Origin: the human T2T-CHM13v2.0 reference genome, Homo sapiens
Strand: one strand, 5' to 3'
NCBI RefSeq assembly: GCF_009914755.1
Contig: NC_060945.1
DNA: 64,000 nt
Numbering within the stretch: the stretch's first letter is position 1; every line of letters starts with the position of its first letter. Of the stretch, positions 30,360 through 44,445 are shown one piece after another. The notes beneath the pieces were generated by a model. That model did not search any database. It saw only the letters and a program-made list of their open reading frames with translations, and had not been told where the DNA came from. The translations under genes and the position numbers were made by a program.

Positions 30360-31210
30360 TTTTTATTGGCTTGATTGGGGTGCAATTGACATACAATTAA
30401 CTGTGCATACTTAAAGTGTTAACAAGAAGATATTTGACAGATGTCAGTCCTATGATAATAAATATATCATATATGTCACTTGCAAAGATTCTTTGTGCCA
30501 CTAAGTAATCCCATTTTCCTATCCCCATTCCACTCCACCCTTAATCCCAAGCAATTATTGATCAGTTTTCTATAACTATAGATTAGCTTAAATTTTCTAG
30601 AATAATTGAAATAAAACGGCATGTACTCTTTGTCTATCTTCCTTCACTCACAGTAATTATTTGAGATCCATGTATAGTAATATAGTAATGTGTTATACTA
30701 GTTCATTATTTTTTATTAATATGTAGCATTTCATTGCATAAATATATCACAGTATATTTATTTGTTCACCTGTTTATAGGCACATCATTGCTTCCGCTTT
30801 GGGTTATTACAAATGATATTGCTATAAATATCTATGTACATGGGTTTGTATGGCGTCTGTTTTCATATATTTTGGGCAAATATTGAAGAGTGGATTAGCT
30901 GGATCATATGGTACATATATATTTAACTTTTAAAAAATGTGCCAAAATATTTTCCAAAATGGTTTTGCCATTTTGCATTCCATCAGCAGTGTAAAAAAGT
31001 TACAGTTTCTCTACATCCTCAACACTTGGTAGGGTCAGCTATTTTAATTTTCACCATTCTAATTTCTGTGCTTTTGTAACTCGTTGTGGCACAAATTGGA
31101 ATTTCCCTTTAAAAATGTTGTCTTTTGTATTTTGTCCATATGTGTGGTTGTTTCAGTCAGGAAGATATTTCTTGTCCAGTTCCCTCCATCTTGGCCAGAA
31201 ATAGATGTCC
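30360..31210 (-). mobile_element. Old L1M (L1ME/L1MC) 3' region, antisense
   Basis: caattgacatacaattaactgtgcatacttaaagtg; ggattagctggatcatatggta; ccattttgcattccatcagcagtg. Confidence 0.7.
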
Positions 31211-33238
31211 CCATTAGTAGAAAATTTTAAAGGCAAATAAATAAATAAATAATGAATGAAAAAGTAAACAACAGATAACATGATAACATGAGATGATAAT
31301 ATGCTTGAACATTAGATGATAAAAGCATTGAATTAAAAAAATCACAAAAGACTAAGAACATAAACCCAATGTATCATCATAGCTCCATAAGCTATTGACT
31401 TTTGTTTTACTAGAGAGATGTATGCATTGTAATTATTACACTTTCCTGAATCTAGGGATTTTATGACATAAGTGTAGTTTATTCAACCTTGACTGAATTT
31501 TCTTCTCTACCATCTCAATGATATCCTTCTTTGAGTCATTACAATTATAATATAATCAGACTTTGTGCTTGGAGGCAATGAAAATTAATCCTTAAGTTCC
31601 AAGAAAGCAGACACTGTTCTGTTCACTGTCATATCTCTTACTCAGAACATTTTCTGTGACAGAGTATCTACAAACACTACATGAATGATTAAATTATAGT
31701 GAAAGAATACATTAAATAGATGTTCTAATTGTATTTATAAACTTAATTATAATTAATGTATAATTAGTGGCATTTAAAAAATTATAAGGCATATTATTGT
31801 ATTGAACATATGTACTACCTATGTTCAATGAGGTATGTCTGCATTATTGAAGATACATTTTATCATAAAAAGGATTAGATTGTATATAATAATATAGTAA
31901 TACTATGATATACAATGCTTTGGGTAGTCACAATGACTCCAAGCTTCTTTTTAAATAACTGCAGAGTTCACTGTAATAACAGGCTTTAGGAGCACAGAGC
32001 TTGCATTCACTGAGTCATCATTTAACACTTTTTTTTTTATTTTTAACTTCTTTCATAAATACAATTATTAATAAAAATTCTTTTGGAGTTAAACGATCTT
32101 CATTCAATTTTAAGCATCCTGATAAATTTGAAATACAGAAACTATTTTGTGTTATCATTTTAATATAGAGTCAGAATACATACAAGGCAATGCCTATTAC
32201 ATTGGAAGTAGTAGTTACATCAAATTAATTATATCCAATCATTGTCTAAAGAAGAAAATGGAACACCATTCTGATCTACAATTATTTTCAAATATAAATT
32301 GGTGGTTTTAAGCCACAAGGAGTGGGATAGTTTCTGCTTTTCTTTTTAATGAATTTTTTAGAAGTACTTAGTGTAAAGTAATTTATAAATGGAGAATGTT
32401 GTTAGGAACTCCACCAAAACATTGCATCTGTGTCACTTAAGCATTTTTTGTTCTTCTACAAATTACATTACACATAGTATGTCAATGAAGAAAAAATATA
32501 CTTGACCTCAGTGTTAATTATGATCAGCAGTAATTTCCAGAAAATATTCCAGAAAGAAAGAAAATATTAAACATTACTGAGATCAAGATTACCTCACAGT
32601 GGAATCTTTATTTCATACACACGCATACTGAAATTGTTTTCTGTTTTCTGTAGAGACAGAGAAAAACAAAAGTTGTTTTCCTGAATTCTTTACTGTGCAC
32701 CTTCAACAATGCCAATCAATGCATAGAATAGAATGGAGGCCAGGAACAATGGGACAATACAGGAGAGTATAGGTACTCACCAGCCTTCCTGAATGCATAA
32801 AGTAAAAAGAGATATGCAAAAGTCATTGGAAAGATATTTCTATTTGTGTGTGTGTGCACACACACATACCTAAACAATAGTGCAGACACCCAAAAACAAT
32901 GAGGAAAAAATACCAATCAGTTTCAATTTCTTGCAGCCTAAAAGGCTGTTTAACTATGGAATAAAAATTTATGTCCTGATGGGGAATCTGTTTTCACTTA
33001 GATTCCTCAGTGCAACAGAGAAAACTGAGCAGAACACACAGGGCCATAAACAGTAGAAGTTTTGGTTTCTGAAAGAAACAGGTCTGTGGGGCTTTGTACA
33101 TAGAAGTAGAAATCATTCCAGAAATTATTGGTAAAGGTATTACATATAAGATAAGGCATATTATTTCAGCAACATTTTTCAAAGGTTTTCTAGTCTGCAA
33201 AGCCTCCTAATGAACATTATCAATAAAGATTGTATATA

Positions 33239-33985
33239 TGTAAACCAAAAATAAAATTCTAAGCATCCCCCCCCACCACCCAACCATCTGAATGGACTTC
33301 CTCCTCAGCCAGGGCCCTCTTTTGTTTGTTTGTTTGTTTTTTAAAGAAAATATTTTAATGTTCATGGAAAGTGAATTTTCTTTTTTCCTTTTTTTTTGCA
33401 GCATACTTTATTTATTTATTTATTTACTTTTAAAGTTTTTTCCTGGTCAGCAAGGGGCACTCTTAAAATGCAACTGAAGAGACAGTTTCAGGCCATGACG
33501 GGAAGTGGGTATTGGACCTACCTCATTACGTGTCTCCAGCATTAACATCAACACAGACTTTAAGTCTGATAAGAAACATTTTACAACCTATTCTCTCTGA
33601 AGCCTGCTATCTGAAGGCTTCCTCTGCAAATAAGAACTTTGTTCCCCAGCAACCTCTTGTCTTAACCCAGACATTCCTTGCTATTGATCCCAGGTCTTTA
33701 GAGAAACTCAACCCATTTTCAACTGGAACATTCTTAAGTCTACCTATAGGCTGGAAGTCCCCGCTTTGAGCTGTCCCACCTTTCTGGATCAAACCAATGT
33801 ATTTCTTAAATGTATTTGATTGATATCTCATGCCTCCCTAAAATGTATAAAACCAAGCTGCGCCCCGACCACCTTGGGCACGTGTTCTCAGGATCTCCTG
33901 AGGGCTGTCATGGGCCATGGTCACTCATATTTGGCTCTGAATAAATCTCTTCAAATATTTTAGAGTTTGACTATTTTCATCAACA
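33239..33985 (+). mobile_element. Solo ERV1 LTR MER4B-like, carrying a 133-bp retroposed insert
   Basis: TGTAAACCAAAAATAAAATTCTAAG start; ends ttttcatcaaca; TSD tata at 33235-38 and 33986-89. Confidence 0.85.
33322..33454 (-). other. Retroposed non-repeat insert (probable orphan 3' transduction)
   Basis: Flanked by 10-bp TSD gggccctctt/gggcactctt; on the minus strand ATTAAA lies 12 nt before an A/(CAAA)n tail. Confidence 0.7.
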
Positions 33986-34259
33986 TATAAAAGGAGCTTT
34001 GTTTAATTAATAAACTGATGGTGAAATAAGAAGACTAAATACATGAAAACAGTATGTTGGCACAGACTAAAATGATGTAGTCAATGTGGGGGTTACAACA
34101 CGGCTATGGTGATATAAGAATATGAATCAGAACAGACTTTTAGGCATCTATTGCAAAGGACTCTCACTTTTTCTTTGGAGAAAAAAATAGGAAAATGTAT
34201 TAGCTTGTCTTGAATGCACAATAATTTTATATGTTTATTGTATAAAGTGGAATAAGTCA

Positions 34260-35669
34260 TGCCCTCAGAACTTTTGCATTCTATGCACCTGCAAAAGTAG
34301 CACTGCATAGACCCCATCAAGGTTTCCAGCTTGCACCATCCACAGCAGTGGGTTGAGCTGCACCTGTTCCTGCCTGGGCTTCTGGTGAGGCAGCCGAGGA
34401 GCACTGCATAGAAATGCATGAAGCAGACACTGGATGCAGTGCAACACAGCAAATGCTGAGGTTCCCTGGGTCACCCTAGGCCTCTCTTTTGACATATTTT
34501 CTTCCCCCAGGCCTTGGCACTCTGGGCCTGTGATTGGAGGGGCAGTACAGAGGCTCTTCCAAGTGCCTTTGGGATCATTCTTTTATTATCCTGATGAGTA
34601 GCCTCTGGTTTCATTTAATTCATCCCAATCTCCTTATCAAATGGTCACTTGGCCACACCCTTGATTTTCCCTCTTGAAAATGCTTCTTCAATCTCTATCA
34701 CATAGCCAGACCGAAAATATTTCACAACCCTAAATTCTGTTTTTCTTCTAGTTAAAATTCTGTCTTTAAATCATTTTTTTCACACAGTACTATATGCAAT
34801 TAAAAGCCACACAGCATCCTGAATGCTTTGCTGCTTAGCTATTTCTTCTGCCAAATATCTTACTTTATCACACTTAAATGCTGTCTTTCATAAAGCCCTA
34901 GGACACTGATACAATTCAGCCCAGCTCTTTGCCAACATAAAACAAGGATGGTATTTTCTCCAGTTTGTAATATCTTCTTCCTCATTTACATCTGAGCCCT
35001 CTTCAAAATGGTCTTTACTGTCTATATTTCTACCAATATTTTGGTCATGACCACTTAAATCATGTCTAAGAAGGTCCAGACTTTCCCTACAGTTCTTCTC
35101 TTCTGAGTCCTCACCAGAATTGCCCTTAGTGCTTCTTCTGTGACAATATGGGCTTTTTCTAGTGTGCCCTTCTAAATTCTTTCAGTCTCATCCCATTACC
35201 CACATCCAAAGGTGCTTCCACATTTGCAGGGATTTGTTACAGCAACACTCACTCTCCGGCCCCAATTTTCTGTCTCAGTCCATTTTGGGTTGCTCTAATA
35301 GAATACTACAGATTGGGTAATTTAACAGAAATTCATTTTAACAGAAATTCATTGGCTCACCATTCTGGAGGCTGTGACATCCAAGATCAAGGGGCCAGCA
35401 TCTGGTGAGGGCCGGCTTGTTGCATCGTCTGATTGCAGGAGGGCAAGTAGAGGGCAACAAAGGGAGGGCAAGTGGGGCCACACTCCCCCTTCTATAAGAA
35501 ACCCACAACCATGATAAGGGACACTGCTGCAATAAAAGCATTAATCTTTTTATAAAGCTGGGGCCCCTCAACCCAGACTTCTCTTAAAGATCCCCTCTTT
35601 CAACACTGTTGCATTGAGTATTAAGTTTTGAATACACATCTTATGGGGGAAAACATTCAAACCATAGCA
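34260..35669 (-). mobile_element. MaLR provirus remnant: 5' LTR (MSTC/MSTD/MLT1A-like, 35271-35669) plus ~1 kb internal sequence
   Basis: Minus-strand LTR TGCTATGGTTTGAATG...GACTGAGACA followed by GAAAATTGG...AATGTGGAAGCACCTTTGGA, typical of the MST-int 5' end. Confidence 0.8.
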
Positions 35670-36302
35670 CCCACCTTTTCCCATCTTCAAAGTCAGCAAT
35701 GGAAGATCAGTCCCCTCTCATGCTTTGAATCATTCCTGCTTTCTTCATCATCATATCTCTCTGACTGACTTGCTGCCCAAAACGCAGCCAAGTGACTTAA
35801 ACGGTGCCAACTCAGACTGTTAAAACTAGAAAAGCTAAAGATGCAAACTTTGCCTTTCTAAATATTTTATTATTCCTATCGAAGAACCTCACATATTGTT
35901 CCATGATACTTTCTGACTATGAACAAGGTGATAAAATATAAGCCTATTCGTTGCTATGTTTGAAATGGAAATAGAAAAATAGAAAAGAATAACATGTGGC
36001 AGATATTTGTGAGATAGCAACGTGCAGTTTTCATTAAAGGTCAGAGATTATATAACACTAGAAAAGGAAAATCCATAATAGCAATAGATGTTGAAAAATA
36101 GTTGTCACTATTCATTTAGGAAAATTCTGACAAGTACACAAATTTACAATTGAGTATATTTGTTTATAAACTAACATAAAATTGAAGTTGTCAAGTTTAA
36201 AATAAGGACAGAAAAATACAGTGATACTTGTTCATAAAAGCAACTTAAATAAAAACCATTTTGCCTATTAGTCTGGCTATTTTCTGTCTCTGGTTGCTAT
36301 AA

Positions 36303-36636
<334 letters not shown>

Positions 36637-37956
36637 GATAATGCTGGTTTTTTAAATTATTCTGATAATATTGAAATGAATATTTTTTCCAAGAGGCAGC
36701 ATTTCCAAAATGACAGGACACCTATTTGTATAAATGTGTGATGTTTATTTATTCATATTGTACACAAGAGAATTCCTGGATCACAATAAATTCAAAATCA
36801 CCTTCCACTTGGCATACCTCTTAGAGCGATCTTAACATGCTTTCCAGAGCAATATGCACTCAAAGTAATCACTCAATGGGAGCACTTGTCTTTATGTTCT
36901 CATTCAATTCTAGTGTTTGTTGCTGGTGTAAGGATGACCTTGTAACAGTCCACTTGTGAAGGAGGTTTAACTCTGGGTTGGCTGGTGACCTATATAGGGT
37001 TACTATGCAATGCAAAACAACTGTATGTATTTTGAATAGCCATTTTTTTTTTCTCAAGGATGCAGTGAAAGTTGCATTTAGAGAACACACATTTGGGCTA
37101 GACAGAAATGTAATAAATCATTAAGACAGTCCTCACCATATTAAACCCTAAATAGTTGTGGCAGGTGGTGACGTGCTGTTGCAAAAATGCATCGTTTGTG
37201 CTTCAATAGGAAAATGATGAGATTGAGTTTGGGGATAATAGATATTTTTTTCAAAATGACCCATACATTTTTTAAAACATTCTGCAAGGGCAGACATATG
37301 GTCACTGGGTCCATGACTTTTAGAGAGTCTATGAAACTCGGGTCAATGACTCAGGGAACAGACATTCCAGAAGGTAAGTGAAATGGCAAGTTAAAAAGAA
37401 AATTCAAGTGCGACACTAGTTACTGAGTGGCCTGTGGAAATAATTTCACAGTTGGATGGGTGGTCCCTCCAATTATTAAAAATGCTAACCAGAAAATTTT
37501 CTAGCATGATTAAATAAGATTCTGTTGTAAATGTTTTTCTCATATAGAAGGTCTGCCATCATATATGGGCAACTATGGGGGCACTTATTAATTACTTTTT
37601 CAATGAAAGTTAGTTGAGACAGAAACTGTGTGTTCTAGCTTCCAGCAACACAGATTGAACAAATGGCCATGAAGATTGCAAAATAATGCTGTCCATCAGG
37701 ATGTAAGTTTGTAATTGTAGAAAAGAGGGTCACTTCAGATTATGGGAAGAGTTTGCTTTTTCATGAAGTTGATATCAGGGTATATAGTCTCAGAGAAGAT
37801 TTCCAAGGTTCATCAAAATTTGTAAGAGCATGAGCATGAGAAAATAAAGCTGGAAATAAAGAGAGTATGTTCACAATTTGGAGTAGCCCCTCAGTGGCTA
37901 CAAAATCATTTGCTTAATCATTATCAAATGATAATTTACTGATATGTCAAAAACCA

Positions 37957-38136
37957 ATCAAATCATATTATTCATGATTAATGTTATTAATCATTAATAT
38001 CTCTTAATGGATATTAATTATTATTGATTGATTGATAATAATATCTCTTAATTGATGATAATATCTCTTAATGGATATTAATTTGATATATTAATATCTA
38101 TCAAATCATATTATTAATGATTAATATCTCTTCATG
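37957..38136. repeat. AT-rich patchwork of short direct and inverted repeats
   Basis: 26-bp direct repeat at 37957-37982 and 38100-38125 enclosing several copies of aatatctcttaat. Confidence 0.8.
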
Positions 38137-40139
38137 TTCATATCACTTAAGATTTACCACCCTTCAAGGGACTTGTTCCATTGTCTATTTTTCTAATAAG
38201 GGATTTTGATATTTGATTCATGGGTTAAACCATACCTTTATTGGGGATAGAAACTGGATAATCTGTGGTGCTACTTGAGGTTTTTTGTTGTTTTTTTTCT
38301 CTCAGGCAAGAAAACAATCTTACAGCAATCTGGAACAACAATGCTAGAAAGATTGAGATTTTCACGTAAAATGGGCAAGTATTTAAAGAGCAGGGCTCTG
38401 TGGCAGTATAATTCAGAGAGCTAGGACTTTGGTCTATGACACACTAATCTCATCTGTCAAATGTGGCACCCTTCATATTGGATTGCTTTCTCTAGTCACA
38501 GGATTACATTTCCCATCCATAGATCACTCAGTGCTATAAACTAATTCAAGCTCTTCCATTTAGCAGCCTGGAAATAAGTATGGTTTGACATAACTGAACA
38601 AAGCAGAAATGAAATCCTGGAGTCTATTTTAAATGAAAAGAGTCTAAGATCAGGTGTCAAGCTTTGACTAAGATTCTGGAAAGAGCATCAAGAACAGACA
38701 TTGTGTTTGGTAATACTACTTCCCTCCAGAGAAACTGAAAATACTTTGAGCAGCACAGAAAATAATGTCCCAGAACAAAGATAAATCGCAACTACAGAAG
38801 GTAACCAGGGGTCAGAGATGCAAGCAGAGAATTGAGCACAGAAAAAATTTTAAAGATCTACCAACAGATCTGCTTACTACTCAATTCAACTTTTGATAGA
38901 ACAAACCTTTTGCACTTTGGCACAAGGGCATCTTAAGGGCACAATGCATCCTCTAATGCTCTCCCATTTGTAGTTTCTAAATATATATATTTAGCTGTAT
39001 CTTTTTGGAAAAATTGATATTTGCCTTACTTAATATAGGATATTTCTTTCTCATTTTATTTAAAGTAATGCAAAGTCTTTCAACTGCAACTAGTTTTATT
39101 CCATAATGTTACTCCCAGGTGTATTGTATTCCAAGTGAGTTTTTCTTCTTATTTATAAATGTACTGGCTTTTAGTTTGACCACTGAAATAGTGGGGAAGG
39201 CAGTCAATCAAAATGTACTTGTGTGAATTCAAATGAAACTTTTGAAAACATTAACAAGATTGAAATATTTAAAAGGTCCTAGTATGCTCACTAAGTGCAA
39301 AAGTGATTAATCTTTTTACCTTAATGTTGGCAGCAATCATAAAATACATGCAATTAAAGTCTATAATGGCTTGTATTTCTATGGTATGTACTGTGAAGTT
39401 ATCCAAGAAATAATGGGATAGAAAAAATAGAATATATATACCACGCTCTGCAAATAATATCTCCTAATAAATGTGTTTAGCACAATGCAGTTTGGAAACA
39501 TTCAACTGTCAAATATTTGTCTGTAATAACTGTTTTTCTGCATAGGGACTGTGTTAACTTCTAGAATAATGGGAGGCAATACTTCTTTTTAATGATCTTA
39601 CTGATTTCTAGCTTAAGTGAATAAACATCTTAAACAAGATTTTAAATGTGAAGAAGAGTGATGATGAAGACACCATCAGTGACAAATTTTTATTATTTTA
39701 TGCAAAGAAAGGGCTATTATATACCATTTTAAATTATAAATATTTTCATATTTCAAAACATTATGAAAATTATGCACAACATAAAGGTTCTTATTCGGGT
39801 AGGTTACAGAAATTTTAATCTATGTATTCATTTAATATTTTTACTGAGGCAACCAGTCATTTTACAACATCCATTCTACTTTAATAAACATCCGTAATGC
39901 CCATAAAAGTGCTTATCTGAATAGACTGCACTTCTTCGTTTCCTTTATATATAGCTGTGGGCCTGTAATTTCTGGCCAATTGGTTACAAACAAATGTGGT
40001 GCAAGCAATTGCTATGAAGACGTAATCTTTTTTTTTTTCTCATTTCTCCCTTCCTGAAAGCTGGAATGCTATTGTCATGACTAGCATCAGAACAGTCACT
40101 TGGAATCACAAAGTGGAATCTAGGGACTAAGGATGACCT

Positions 40140-40480
40140 TCTGCATTAAAAACTAAAACACTGTTGAGAAAAAGTGGACAAGAAAAATAGAGATATGTGT
40201 CATGGTCTTAGAAGACTAGATATTATGAAAATGTCAATATTTCCTAATTTGATCTTTAGAATCAATGAAATCTCAAATTAAAACACTGCAGGATTTTTTT
40301 TTGGGGGGGGCAGGCAAATGTGTGGTGGAAAGGCAAAAATGGACAAACTTAGTTTAAAAACTATACAGTGATGTAAAGAAACTACAATAGAAAAAACAGG
40401 CTTGAAATACAATAAGAGTAATCAAGATGGAGTAGCACTGGCAAAAAGATAGGCAAATTAATGAAACAGTATACAGTTAT
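40140..40480 (+). mobile_element. Old L1M ORF2 fragment
   Basis: tcatggtcttagaagactagatattatgaaaatgtcaatatttcctaatttgatctttaga. Confidence 0.6.
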
Positions 40481-40523
40481 ATTCTCTCTTCTTCTCTTTT
40501 ACATCATAAGAATGAAATATCTA

Positions 40524-40880
<357 letters not shown>

Positions 40881-41283
40881 TTAATCCATTTCCTCTCTTT
40901 TTTGTACGGGGGAGGAAGTATTTGACACCACAAGGAAAGAGGAAAATGTCAGGTGATCTAGTATAATCTCTGTTAATGGGACCGCTGGGTAACTAGCTTG
41001 ATGATATTTGCAAAGAGACTGTATCTACACAGTCTTTAGCAGGCTATTTCTGGCCAAAAGAGTATTAATAGTAACTAAACTCTGAATCTGTGGACCTATG
41101 AGATATGCCTTTTTAGAGAATGATTTGTAAGCTATACAACTCTTATGGTACAAAATAGAGCTGGTTCATTACTTAAACACAATTGACTCCTTTTTGTGGA
41201 GAGATATAAACGTTACTCAGAGACTCCAAATAATACTTAGGTCTAGGAAATCTATCACTGCAGGAAGAAAGGTTTGGGAAAGC

Positions 41284-41339
41284 TGAAACCAGAGGTTAAT
41301 CTGATTAGGTCCACCAAACTTAACCTGTCCTACTTGCTT

Positions 41340-41378
<39 letters not shown>

Positions 41379-41925
41379 GTTATTTCTCATATAGCTAAAA
41401 GCCACACCACTAAATGTTATAATTTAAACTTCCCTGGCTTCCTTATAGATAATATTTCTGACATAGGTGTCACTGTGGTAACAGTGGCTTAAGTTGCTTT
41501 TTCAGGAGCTGGGGGCAGCTTAAAGCATTTGAGACCACCAGTCATTCAACTGCGCCTGCACAAATGCCCAAGAGTTGGTCTTTTGACCTCAGAGGGCCAA
41601 AAACTCCACCTCAGTTTATGCTAATGCTGCCATTTTCTGAATATGTGTCCTATGATGAGTCACGAACCCTTATGGCATTTGTGTAGATCACCAATTACTT
41701 CACTTTTTCACACTGCCAATCACCTTTCCCCATGCATTAGGCAACCGCTCTTCTATAACCCATAAATATCCCTAAGGCTTATCTTCAAAAAAATAGATTT
41801 GAGAGCTGTTCTTCCATCTGCTCGTTGAGGTACACTGTGAATAAACCTTTTCTCTTTTGCAAAACCTGTCATCACAGTGATTGGTTTACTGTGTACAGGA
41901 AGAACAAACCTGATTAGTTTCATGC
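41284..41925 (+). mobile_element. ERV1 MER4-group LTR (LTR48/MER66-like) containing (TTA)n at ~41343-41380
   Basis: TG start; TATA-like cataaata; AATAAA followed by ccttttctcttttgcaaaacc; subfamily uncertain. Confidence 0.6.
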
Positions 41926-44445
41926 AGAAATTCAAGGATCGTTAGAGAATACTGTGAGCAACTATATGTCAAAAAAATGCGAAAATCTAGAAGAAATGGA
42001 TAAATTTCTAGACACATAAAACCTACCAAGATTGAACCATGAAGAAGTAAAAAATCTGAACAGTAACAACATCAAAGTGATCATAAAAAGTTTCCCAGCA
42101 AAGAGAATTCCATGACCTGACTTCATCACTGCTGAGTTTTATCAAACATTTAAAGAACTAATACCAATCCTACTCAAACTACTCCAAAAAATGGAGGAGG
42201 GAATACTTCTAAACAAATTCCACAAGGCCAGTATTATCCTGATACTAAAACCAGACAAAGACACATTTTAAAAAAATGAATACTGATGCAAAAATTCTCA
42301 ACAAAAATACTACTAAACAGAATTCATCATACCTGGCTTATTTTTTATTTTCAGTAGAGATGGGGTTTCCCCATGTTGGCCAGGCTGGTCTTGAACTCCT
42401 GACCTCAGGTGATCTGCCTGCCTCAGCCTCCCAAAGTGCTGGGATTACAGGTGTGAGCCACTGCACCTGGCCAGTAGCATTTCTTTATGTAAACAATGAA
42501 CAATCGGAAAAACAAATCAAGAAAGTAATCCCACTTACAATAGCTACAAATAAAATTAAATACCTAGAACTTAACTAAATAAGTGAAAGATTTCTGGAAT
42601 GAAAACTATATAACATTTATTCCAGAGATTGAAGAGGACACCAAAAATTAAAACATATTCCATGTTATGAATTGGAAGAATCAATATTGTTATAATGTCC
42701 ACACTACTCAAAACAATCTGCAGATTCAATGCAATCCCTATCAAAATGTCCATGACATTCTTCACAGAAATAAAAAAAAAATTCTAGAAGTAATATGGAA
42801 CCACAAAAGACCCAGAATAATCAAAGCCATCCTAAGTGAAACAAAAACAGAAACAAAAACAAAACTGGAGGAATCACATACCTGACTTTGAATTATACTA
42901 CAGAGCTATAGTAACAAAAACAGCATGGTACTGACATGGAAACAGACAGAGAGACCAATGGGACAGAACAGAGAAACCAGAAATAAATTTTTACATCTAC
43001 AGTGAGCTCCTTTTCAACAAAGGTGCCAAGAATATTCATTGGGGAAAGGACAGCCTCTTCCAAAAAATAGTGCTGGGAAAACTGTACATTCATATGAAAA
43101 AGAATAAAACTAGATGCCTATCTCTCAGCATATACAAAAAATCAAATCTAAATGGATTAAAGACTTAAATCTAAGACTTCAAACTATAAAACATCTACAA
43201 GAAAACACTGGAGAAACTGTCCAGAACATTGGGCAAAGATTTGTTGAGTAATACCCCACAAGCACAGGCAACCAAAGCAAACCTCAACAAATGAGATCAC
43301 TTCAAGTGAAAAACCTGTGCAGCAAAAAGAAGCAATCAACAAAGTGAAGAGGCAACAGAATGGGAGAAAACATTTGTAAACTACAACTTGACAAGGTATT
43401 AATAGCCAGAAACTATAAGAAGCTCAAACAACTCAATAGGAAAAAGCTAATAATCTGATTTTAAAATGAGCAAAAGATCCGAGTAGATATTTCTGAAAAG
43501 AAAATGTGCAAATGGCAAACAGGCATATGAAAAGGTGCTTGACATGATTGATCCTGAGAGAAATGCAAATGAAAACTATAATGAGATATCATCTCACCCC
43601 AGTTAAAATGACCTTTATCCAGAAGACAGGCAATAACAAATGCTGGCGAGGCTGTGGAGAAAAGGAAACTCTTACACTGCTGGTGGGAATGTAAATTAAT
43701 TAGTACAATGACTATGGAGAACAGTATGGAGGTTCCTTAAAAAAGTAAAAATAGAACTAGGATGTGATCCAGCAATCCTACTTCTAGGTATATACCCCAA
43801 ATAAAGAAAAGATGTATATCGACAAGATACCTGCACGCCTATGTTTATTGCAAGACTATTCACAATAGGCAAGGTTTGAAAGCAACCTAAGTGTCCATCC
43901 GCAGGTGAATGGTTAAATAAAAGGTAGTATATGTTCAGAATGGTATTATTCTGCCATAAAAATGAATGAGATCCTGTCATTTGCAACAACGTGGATAGAA
44001 CTGGAGGTCATTATATTAAGTGAAATAAGCCGGAACAGAAAGACAAACTTCACATGTTCCCACTCACCTGTGAAAGCTAAAAATTAAAGCAGTTGAATCC
44101 AGGGAGATAGAGAGTAGAATGATGGTTATCAGAGGCTGGGAATCATTGTTGCAGAGGGGACAGTGGGGATGGTTACATACAAAAATATAGTTAGATAAAA
44201 TGAGTAAGATCTAGTATTTCATAGCAGAACAGGGTGACTGCAGTCAACAATAATTTATTGTACCTTTTTAAATAATTAAAATAATATAATTTGAATGCTT
44301 GTAACACAAATGATAAATGCTTCAGGTGATGGATACCCCATTTATCCTAATGTGATTATTACACATTGCTTGCATGTATCAGAATATCTCATGTACCCCA
44401 TAAATATATACACCTACTATGTACCCATAATTGTTTTTTAAAAAA
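41926..44445 (+). mobile_element. 5'-truncated L1MA (L1MA1-3-like) ORF2 and 3'UTR
   Basis: gaaatggataaatttctagacaca; MNTDAKILNK; L1MA 3'UTR gagagtagaatgatggttatcagaggctgg...atgtaccccataaatatatacacctactatgtaccca. Confidence 0.9.
42325..42472 (-). mobile_element. AluSx-like left arm only, at a deletion junction in L1MA
   Basis: Intact Alu 5' end at 42472; right arm and tail absent. Confidence 0.85.

Noticed and set aside
34093-34495. 119-aa and 76-aa Cys-rich ORFs
   Set aside because: They overlap MaLR internal sequence and have no recognisable domain
35322-35353. 16-bp tandem duplication TTAACAGAAATTCATT (similar micro-duplications at ~8387, ~20789 and ~23110/23170)
   Set aside because: Ordinary slippage-type events with no sign of function
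41217-41492. Poly-Asn / poly-Ile ORFs
   Set aside because: Produced by the (TTA)n microsatellite
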